This document shows positions 38,936 through 45,715 of a stretch of DNA of 64,000 nt, piece after piece. The notes under the pieces are model-generated. The model did not search any database. It was not told the DNA's origin and was given only the letters and a program-made list of their open reading frames with translations. The stretch covers positions 576,001 through 640,000 of the forward strand of contig OZ244561.1 in assembly GCA_965217585.1 (NCBI GenBank), read 5' to 3'. Both the position numbers and the translations under genes were made by a program. This DNA is from Candidatus Latescibacterota bacterium (GTDB lineage Bacteria > Latescibacterota > UBA2968 > UBA8231). The first letter of the stretch is position 1. The number at the start of each line of letters is the position of its first letter.

Positions 38936-40178
38936 GACTCTTACTGTTTTTGCGAAACTGGCGTTGTAGTATTTTCCACAAGGGGTTCATTCCTCGTGGC
39001 TTGAATTGCTCGGGATCTTTGCCCTGTTCGACAGCTTGCCAATAATGCCAACCCATCTTGTGACTCGATGCGATTTCATAATCTAACCCCGTCCATGATC
39101 CATCACCGCGAAAGGCGTAAAACGACCAATGCCAACCTTGGCTGTTATAGATTTCTATTAGGTCGCTCAGGTAGGCCGCAGCGCCTTCGAGCCGGCGGTC
39201 GTACCAGAATTCTGAAGCTATGATTCGGTGAGAAGGTATCTCATATCGCTCAGAAAACCGCTGCACCGCGTTGATCTCCTCCGCAAGACGATCGATAGTC
39301 CACGACTCTATAGGACCGTTCCACCACTTCGGAACTCGGTCTGGATAGGCGTACCGGTCCTTATTGGCTCGATAAGTCACCATCTGCCACGGACCGGGGT
39401 TGTGAAAAGCGTACAACACTTTGTCATCATCTACAGGGCGATTGAAGTCGAACGCTTGAGGAGCGGCATAGAACCAGCCATCGAGCATGATGGGCGTATC
39501 TGCGTCTACTGAACGGATGGATTCGACCATCCGCTGGTTAAATCGGTTGAGGTCAGCTGGCGTATTCTGGATGTCCTGAAACCATTGGCTGAAATTCTCG
39601 TCCGGTTCTGCAAAACCGAATACCTTCTCTGGATGTGGTTCATTGAGAGGGTTGTAAGCCACGATTGCAGGATGCTTTTCCAAACGCATTGCTAACTGAC
39701 GCCAGAAATTGAAGGCTTGCTTATGGTAGCTTTCGTCACGCCAGAGCCGGCCATCATCTTGGTTCTCATTCAGCTGCTTCCAGCGTCCACCGGGCAAGCT
39801 GGCCATCGCAAGGACAACTTTGATACCATTGCTCTCGGCTTCATTGAGTGCTTCTACCAACAGGGCTAGATCGGTCTCATTGATTGCTGCGAAATTATCT
39901 GCGTTGCCGATTAGGAAGTCTCTATTATCGGCGGGCCATGCATCGGGTAAAATCCGAACATAATCCAGTCCCAGTTCACCTGCCGCCCTGTACCACTCAG
40001 GACGATGTCGCTCGTTTTGCTGATTAGCTCCCTTACGCTGCTTTTCCCAAAAGCCAATCTTGGGAGCATCGGCCATAACGCCGCTGGTGAAGCACAAAAT
40101 AGATATCATTGAAACTATGTATCTATAAATACCCCGTTGCCGCCCTTCTTTACGACCGTTTCCGTTCCTAATAAGCAT
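38916..40178 (-). CDS. Glycoside hydrolase family 5 (cellulase-like); start may be 40109
   Basis: YNPLNEPHPE acid/base motif, YAFH, IIASEF nucleophile, WHWSFYAF. Confidence 0.8.
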   Translation of the reverse strand: MLIRNGNGRKEGRQRGIYRYIVSMISILCFTSGVMADAPKIGFWEKQRKGANQQNERHRPEWYRAAGELGLDYVRILPDAWPADNRDFLIGNADNFAAINETDLALLVEALNEAESNGIKVVLAMASLPGGRWKQLNENQDDGRLWRDESYHKQAFNFWRQLAMRLEKHPAIVAYNPLNEPHPEKVFGFAEPDENFSQWFQDIQNTPADLNRFNQRMVESIRSVDADTPIMLDGWFYAAPQAFDFNRPVDDDKVLYAFHNPGPWQMVTYRANKDRYAYPDRVPKWWNGPIESWTIDRLAEEINAVQRFSERYEIPSHRIIASEFWYDRRLEGAAAYLSDLIEIYNSQGWHWSFYAFRGDGSWTGLDYEIASSHKMGWHYWQAVEQGKDPEQFKPRGMNPLWKILQRQFRKNSKSHDFIPP

Positions 40179-40201
40179 CTGTGCTTTATGGCTTCACGTT
40201 C

Positions 40202-40273
40202 CTGTAACGTTTCAGGGTTTGCGAACCCCGAAGGGATTGCCAAGGCCAAGCCGCCGCAGTTCGCTCTAAACTT
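40202..40273 (-). repeat. Degenerate attC-like site (right GTTA core missing)
   Basis: CTGTAAC-GTTTCAG-GGTTTGCGAACCCCGAAGGGATTGCCAAGGCCAAG.. shares its left arm with the sites at 42919 and 43582. Confidence 0.7.
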
Positions 40274-40276
40274 CAA

Positions 40277-41000
40277 TCAGGCTTTCTTCCTGCGAAATGC
40301 CAAAGCAGTTTCGTAGTGCTTGGTGATCGATCCTCCGTAGTTCTTGTTTATCAGGTCAGCGATGCCGTCAAATAGATGCGTGCGATTGAATTCGGGCAGC
40401 GCGATATGGTCAGAATAGGTGCCAATGAGTTTGATGTACTGTTCCGCAGAATAGTTCGCTGTCCATGCGTACACTCGGTGGATAGGATCGGCAAAAGCAG
40501 TAGTTCCAGGTTCTGGGGACTCTGATGTCGTCGGAGTACTGGGATCCCGAGGGGAATCTGAAACTACATAATGCTTGCTATAAACTTCCTGGACTTCCGC
40601 AAAGAAACCTTCGTCTTTTCTTACGTGTTGGTTGGAGAAGATGGCCAATGATCCCCTAGCCTTCAGGGTGTCACGGGCTCTAATGAATCTGACTCTTGGA
40701 CTCACCCAGCGGAATGCAGTCGCGGAGATCACAAGGTCAAACTTGCTAGCCGAGTCCCAATCTGCGAAAGGACACAGGACGAAGCGAACGTTCTTGTAGT
40801 TGTTGAGTCGCGCCCGCGCAACCTCGATCAAATCTTGGCCAATATCCAAACAGGTCATTTCGCAACCGAGGGTAGCAAATAATCTCGAAGCCTGTCCGAT
40901 TCCACACCCGACTTCCAGGATTTTTCCGCTCCTATCGATTCCGGACGTCATAGAGCGAGGCAATGGTATTGAAAGTAGTTCTGAGATCAGGGCGGGGCAT
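40277..41000 (-). pseudogene. Class I SAM methyltransferase with a frameshifting lesion near its N-terminus
   Basis: ATG 41000 gives MPRPDLRTTFNTIASLYD and then goes out of frame with SGIDRSGKILEVGCGIGQA..SATAFRW. Confidence 0.65.
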
Positions 41001-41025
41001 TAGAATTCCCATGACACGCAAACGC

Positions 41026-41790
41026 CTATGATGGCAGGGCGATTGCCTTGGCAATCAAGAGTGTCGGCACTATGCTTTCTCGACGCCTCTCCACCAAGTC
41101 TGCTACAGAATCAAGCGGTTCAGAGATCTCGGCAAGTTGGAATCCACTTCTGATCAAGGTATTGAAGTACGTTGAAAGCGTTCGGTGGTGGCTACCAAGC
41201 GTGCCACACATCCCGATTCCATCCGAGTACCATTTGCCTTCAAGGCCATACCGTGAAACACGCAATGCCTTGAAATTTCCCTCTTCGTCAAACTCCTCCT
41301 GTGGATTCTCTGCATTGAACGGAGGGAAAAGGCACGGATGAAGAATTGTGAAGATGAACTTGCCATTGTCGAGAAGTATCCGACGGACATTGAACAATGT
41401 TGCCGTTAGGTCAGGGATATCCATGAGTGCCATGTTGCAAGTAACGGCATCCATGCTGGCGTCGGACACCTGATTCAGCGATTGTGCATCGTCCAGGACA
41501 TAGGTGATGCCGTGGTCAGCAGAATGCTCCTTTGCATGCCGCAGCAGCATCTGTGAAATATCAACACCCGTAACGAGAGCACCTCGACTCGCTAGGATGC
41601 GAGACAGATACCCTTCACCGCATCCCAAGTCACATATACTGGTCCCTTGGACATCGCCCAGCATAGTCAGCATGACTTCTACCGAGGGCTGGATACGCCT
41701 ATTCCTATCCGGAACATTCCTATCCAGCCAGTTGAGATAGAAATCACCTACCTTGTCATATTCAGAATCTGCCACCTCATCGATTCCCAT
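41026..41790 (-). CDS. Class I SAM-dependent methyltransferase
   Basis: CDLGCGEG, CNMALMDIPD, ILHPC, HRTLSTY. Confidence 0.85.
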   Translation of the reverse strand: MGIDEVADSEYDKVGDFYLNWLDRNVPDRNRRIQPSVEVMLTMLGDVQGTSICDLGCGEGYLSRILASRGALVTGVDISQMLLRHAKEHSADHGITYVLDDAQSLNQVSDASMDAVTCNMALMDIPDLTATLFNVRRILLDNGKFIFTILHPCLFPPFNAENPQEEFDEEGNFKALRVSRYGLEGKWYSDGIGMCGTLGSHHRTLSTYFNTLIRSGFQLAEISEPLDSVADLVERRRESIVPTLLIAKAIALPS

Positions 41791-41869
41791 GGTATCAGTC
41801 CCGTTGGGACACGGGATCTTCGACCGTCCAAGCTACGCGTTATAAAACAAGTGACCTTTCCCAGCGACA

Positions 41870-41985
41870 TATAGCAATCCTGAATGACTTGAACGATTAG
41901 AGCTGCGGATCGTCTTGTGCATACTATTCTGTGTCCATCTGCGTCCATCTGCGGATTATCTTATGAATGATTTAGGATTGCTATA
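41870..41985. mobile_element. MITE-like element (~116 bp) with terminal inverted repeats and TA ends
   Basis: Left end TATAGCAATCCTGAATGA, right end TGATTTAGGATTGCTATA (reverse complement TATAGCAATCCTAAATCA); internal 10-nt repeats GTGTCCATCT/GCGTCCATCT/GCGG. Confidence 0.7.
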
Positions 41986-42018
41986 TCACATTATTCTCTG
42001 CATTTCTGATTCAATTTC

Positions 42019-42072
42019 AGCTAACGTTTTCGCCATGCCCGAACCGCGAAGCCAGGCACGGACGTGTTATGT
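42019..42072 (-). repeat. Short attC-like site (54 nt)
   Basis: AGCTAAC-GTTTTCG-CCATGCC...GGCACGG-ACGT-GTTATGT. Confidence 0.75.
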
Positions 42073-42091
42073 GAAGTGCACTATTTCCCTC

Positions 42092-42886
42092 TTAGTCTAC
42101 GAAGTCATGGATCCTTTGATACACGCTCAACTTGGCCTGATCCAATTCTTGCCCATACTCCCGGAAAAACAAGGGAACCCACTCACCACCCAGATTTCTG
42201 CGAATCGTGTTGTACGCGGCGACAAAGTCGAGATAGCGATCTCCTATTCCTGCATAACCCCAATCAATGTAGCCACTCAGGTGGCCATTGACGATCATGA
42301 CGTTGGGAAGGCAATAATCCCCGTGGGTGAACACCACGTCTTCTGGCGGCAGGTCGGCTCGTATGCTTGCCAGTTCATCCCGCAGGACATTTCTAGTGCC
42401 GCCTTTGGGGATCTGACCATCCAGCACTCCTGAATCAATCAGGTCTGTCGCCCACGCAAAATAGCGTTCAAAGCGCCAATCCAATGGGCACGAATCAACT
42501 GGAATTGCGTGAATCTCGCGAAGTCCATGAGCGAACATACGTATTAGACCTGGGGTATCTGTCTTGGCGTCTTCGTGGACACCAGAGACGCCAGCGATTC
42601 GGGTCATCAGCAGATACTGAGTATTGTTTTCCTCGTGGAAGCAGACCACGCTAGGCACACTCAGTTTGTCGTGCAACCAAGACATCGCCGCTTTTTCGGC
42701 GCGAAGATCAGATTCTTGCGGCGCAGCGAGCGCATCTCTGATTTTGAGGAACAAACTCTGCTTGCTCGGGTGAGTAAATGAGAATACATCGGCGCACGAT
42801 TCAGTCCTGAGGTTGTCGCCATTTGAGGCGAAACCCTTCAGATGGGCTTGGACCGGATCTGGTAGATCTTGGACTATCAACGTCAA
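42092..42886 (-). CDS. Aminoglycoside 3'-phosphotransferase (APH(3'))-like protein, cassette gene
   Basis: LFLK, YLLMTRIAG, IHAIPVDSCP, VFTHGDYCLPNV, GYIDWGYAGIGDRYLD. Confidence 0.85.
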   Translation of the reverse strand: MTLIVQDLPDPVQAHLKGFASNGDNLRTESCADVFSFTHPSKQSLFLKIRDALAAPQESDLRAEKAAMSWLHDKLSVPSVVCFHEENNTQYLLMTRIAGVSGVHEDAKTDTPGLIRMFAHGLREIHAIPVDSCPLDWRFERYFAWATDLIDSGVLDGQIPKGGTRNVLRDELASIRADLPPEDVVFTHGDYCLPNVMIVNGHLSGYIDWGYAGIGDRYLDFVAAYNTIRRNLGGEWVPLFFREYGQELDQAKLSVYQRIHDFVD

Positions 42887-42918
42887 CCTGCGTTCGAGGA
42901 TTGCCTAAAATTCATTTC

Positions 42919-43010
42919 ACATAACGGTTCTCCGGTTTGCGAACCCCCGGAGGGGGTTGCCCGAAGGGCCAATCCGCGAATGTGCCGCAGCGTAAACTGC
43001 GCTGTTAAAT
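42919..43010 (-). repeat. attC-like site (92 nt)
   Basis: ACATAAC-8 nt-GGTTTGCG...CGTAAACT-5 nt-GTTAAAT with AACCCCC-GGA-GGGGGTT and GCCC-GAA-GGGC hairpins. Confidence 0.85.
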
Positions 43011-43043
43011 GACGTGGGCCAATCCGCGGCAAGATATAACGGG

Positions 43044-43550
43044 CTAAACCTCCTCGGCGAAGTCCGATGAGAGAGCTCCCCGAAATCCAATGCGTTTGTG
43101 CGGATCTCTATATTGAGTCAATTCGTGATGTCCGATCATGAAGCCTTGGGACTTCCAGAACGTCAGGGCGCTCGGATTGTCGCGGCGTACATTCAAGTCA
43201 ATCCGATCGATACCCAAGCCGTCGGTGATTTCCGTTACGGCTTGTACAAGGAATGACCCAATGCCCTCCCGGCGTTGCGCAGGAATAACGTAGAAGTCAT
43301 TGATCTTCGCGCTAGTGCCACTAATTGAAAATGAAACAAATCCAACTGGGGACCCTTCGCTGAGGCACCAGAAAATCCTTGGTTCCGGACTGGAAAGGGG
43401 AAACCGATCTGCGAAATACACATCGCGGCGATCCGATGAACGTACTGTATCAGCAGTTGGCATTGTCTCCAACCAGTAGGCATCAACCAGTGGCCGAAAC
43501 CTATTCTCATCGGAAGGAAGCACCTGCTCGAATTCAAGGCGAACGCTCAA
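43044..43550 (-). CDS. GNAT family N-acetyltransferase (cassette gene)
   Basis: FYVIPAQRREGIGS, NPSALTFWKSQGF. Confidence 0.85.
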   Translation of the reverse strand: MSVRLEFEQVLPSDENRFRPLVDAYWLETMPTADTVRSSDRRDVYFADRFPLSSPEPRIFWCLSEGSPVGFVSFSISGTSAKINDFYVIPAQRREGIGSFLVQAVTEITDGLGIDRIDLNVRRDNPSALTFWKSQGFMIGHHELTQYRDPHKRIGFRGALSSDFAEEV

Positions 43551-43581
43551 AACTCATTTCCTCTCACATAAGACCCATGTC

Positions 43582-43675
43582 ATTTAACGTTTTCACGGTT
43601 TGCGAACCCAAGAAGCGAGTTGCCCGTAGGCCAAGCCGCCTGAAGGGCGGCGCAGCGCGAGCCGAGCCGTTATAG
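43582..43675 (-). repeat. attC-like site (94 nt)
   Basis: ATTTAAC-8 nt-GGTTTGCG...CGCGAGCC-5 nt-GTTATAG with internal hairpins. Confidence 0.85.
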
Positions 43676-43685
43676 GACGTGTGTT

Positions 43686-44126
43686 CTACTTACGAGCTTC
43701 CATTAAATGTAGCAGTAAGTCGATCTTGTCGTCATAATTGGCGACAAGTTTGGGAAGTGCTCTGACATCGGCCCAAAAGAAATCGAATGGATGGACTATC
43801 GATCCGTCCTCCGCGTATTCTCCATGGCACCAGTTGTCCTTTGTTGGTCCTTCTACAGACAAATGAAAGAACCAGCGGTACTGTAGTTCATCGGTCCCGC
43901 AATCCCGCATGTCCCGGGTATCCTGGGCCAGGAACTGCTCATATCTGAGATCGGACAACCCGGTTTCCTCTTCTGCTTCCCGCATCACGGCATCCTGGGG
44001 ATTCTCTCCGGGCTCAATCGTTCCGGCTGGAACTTGAATGCCAGCTTCCGGTGCCTCGGGTTGAGTAAAGAGGAGCAGGCGGCTCCCGTTGGTGATATAG
44101 GCGTAAGCTCTGTGCCGGATTTTCAT
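43686..44126 (-). CDS. NUDIX hydrolase (first cassette gene)
   Basis: GTIEPGENPQDAVMREAEEETGL Nudix box. Confidence 0.9.
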   Translation of the reverse strand: MKIRHRAYAYITNGSRLLLFTQPEAPEAGIQVPAGTIEPGENPQDAVMREAEEETGLSDLRYEQFLAQDTRDMRDCGTDELQYRWFFHLSVEGPTKDNWCHGEYAEDGSIVHPFDFFWADVRALPKLVANYDDKIDLLLHLMEARK

Positions 44127-44170
44127 CTCAATTGGAGAACTATGAAGTCACAGTGTTTGTTTCTCATGTC

Positions 44171-44314
44171 CTATAACTGCTTGCACCCGAACAAGTAGTT
44201 CGGGTAACGGCCGCTAGATGCTATTTATGCGCAACGAAGGTATATCTCTTGGTGCATAGTCGCAATCGCAACGAGCGGCTGAGCGGACAAGGCCGTCCGG
44301 TCCCCGTGCGAGAG
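44171..44314 (-). promoter_or_regulatory. Cassette promoter/entry module, copy 2
   Basis: Minus strand TTGCGA(44265-44260)-17 nt-TACCTT(44242-44237), then the hairpin ACCCGAAC/GTTCGGGT and a GTTATAG core at 44177-44171. Confidence 0.6.
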
Positions 44315-44339
44315 CGCGGGAGTGGGCCGACCAAGGCGT
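44315..44339 (+). repeat. 25-nt remnant of the SDR gene starting at the same breakpoint as the 35254 copy
   Basis: CGCGGGAGTGGGCCGACCAAGGCGT versus CGCGGGAGTGGGCTGACAAAGGCGT at 34088. Confidence 0.8.
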
Positions 44340-44352
44340 TCTGAGACCGTGC

Positions 44353-45594
44353 CTACTTCCACAGCAACCGGAGGTAAAACAGCGGGTTGGTCAACACCTT
44401 GCGCGGCACGGCGTCGGCCATCATGCCGCAGATCAGGTCGCTGACCTCGGCGTTTTTGGCGGCCTTGCGAATGACCAAGTTCATCAGATAGGGCCAGCAG
44501 CCCAAATTGTGCAGCTTGGTGCTCAGCTTCAGCTCGCTGCCCAGCGCATCCCACAGCCGATCCTCGTAGCGCCGCAAAAAGCCAGCCGAATAATCCCCCG
44601 CCTCCCGGGCCTGAGTTGCAGTCTCCACGGCAAAGCGGGCCGAGTACAGAGCATTGCCAATGCCCTCGCCCGTGAACGGGTCAATCAGGCCGGCTGCGTC
44701 GCCCAAGAGCAAAAAGCCGTTGCCGTGCGCCGGTCGCCGCCGCGAGCCAACCGGCAAGTTCCAGCCGACCGGGGCTTCGAGGGGACGGGCGTCGCGAAAG
44801 CGCGCGCCAAAGGTCGTACTCGCCACTGCGGCTGCGAGCGCGTCCTTGAGATCGATGCCGCGCGCCTTGATATCTCGGTGATCCATGCCGATGCCGACAT
44901 TGGCGCGGTTGCCCTCTAAAGGAAAGATCCAAAAATACCCGGGCCGCACCTCGTCTATAAAGTGCAATTCTATCTGATCGCTCAGGTCCGCCACGCCCCC
45001 GAAGTACTGCCGCAGAGCCACCATCCAATCGCGGCCCTCGTGGCGGTATAATCCGCTCTTGCGGGCGACGATCGAATTAAAGCCATCGCACCCTAACACC
45101 AAGGGCGCGCGAAATTCCAAGCGCGTGCCATCGGCTGTACGCCCCCGCACCCCGCAGACCTGCTCGCCTTCTCTCAGGAGATCGCGCACGTTAAAACCCT
45201 CTACGGTATGGGCGGCTGCGGCCTGCGCCTTGGCAAAGAGAAAGTCGTCGAAGACCTCGCGGCGGATGACAAAGCCCTCCATCGGCAGCACCCGACCAGT
45301 CAGGGCGTTGTGCAGATCGTAGCTGCTCAGGTCAATGGACGCGGCGGTCGCGTCTGGGCTGCCGAAGACAATACGGGCAACGGTCGCCCCAGGCAGATTG
45401 CACACCTCCTCGAAAAGCCCCAGATCGTGGAGGATGGCCACCGTCTTGCCAGAGAGGGCGTCGCCGCAGATCTTGTCGCGGGGGAAGCACTGCTTGTCCA
45501 GCAGCAGAGCCGCCAGCCCGTGACGCTGCGCATACAGCGCGGCCGTGGCACCAGCCGGACCGCCGCCGACGATAATTAGGTCGTAGGTTTGCAC
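44353..45594 (-). CDS. Geranylgeranyl reductase family FAD-dependent oxidoreductase
   Basis: GGGPAG, FPRDKICGD, GYFWIFP, GDAAGLIDPFTGEGI. Confidence 0.9.
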   Translation of the reverse strand: MQTYDLIIVGGGPAGATAALYAQRHGLAALLLDKQCFPRDKICGDALSGKTVAILHDLGLFEEVCNLPGATVARIVFGSPDATAASIDLSSYDLHNALTGRVLPMEGFVIRREVFDDFLFAKAQAAAAHTVEGFNVRDLLREGEQVCGVRGRTADGTRLEFRAPLVLGCDGFNSIVARKSGLYRHEGRDWMVALRQYFGGVADLSDQIELHFIDEVRPGYFWIFPLEGNRANVGIGMDHRDIKARGIDLKDALAAAVASTTFGARFRDARPLEAPVGWNLPVGSRRRPAHGNGFLLLGDAAGLIDPFTGEGIGNALYSARFAVETATQAREAGDYSAGFLRRYEDRLWDALGSELKLSTKLHNLGCWPYLMNLVIRKAAKNAEVSDLICGMMADAVPRKVLTNPLFYLRLLWK

Positions 45595-45715
45595 GTGGCC
45601 CAGAAAATAGTCCGTCCAGCCCTCGCTACAAGGGCGCAGGCCGAACTTGCTTTGTAGATGATCTTCCTTACATTTTCGGTTTTGTCAACGCAATCGCCAA
45701 AGGAGCCACAACGCG

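Larger units (their letters stand above)
34705..44314 (-). mobile_element. Integron-like gene-cassette array with no integrase in the window (CALIN-type)
   Basis: Eleven co-oriented lower-GC ORFs separated by TAAC...GTTA imperfect palindromes; complementary cassette ends; stop codons falling inside core sites. Confidence 0.85.

Noticed and set aside
41800-41846. Remnant attC ending in GTTATAA
   Set aside because: Weak pairing, no left TAAC, and not complementary to the GTTAGCT core at 42025; left unassigned.
34400-45600. Integron integrase next to the array
   Set aside because: No ORF with tyrosine-recombinase motifs was found; the flanks are an SDR and a geranylgeranyl-reductase-family gene.
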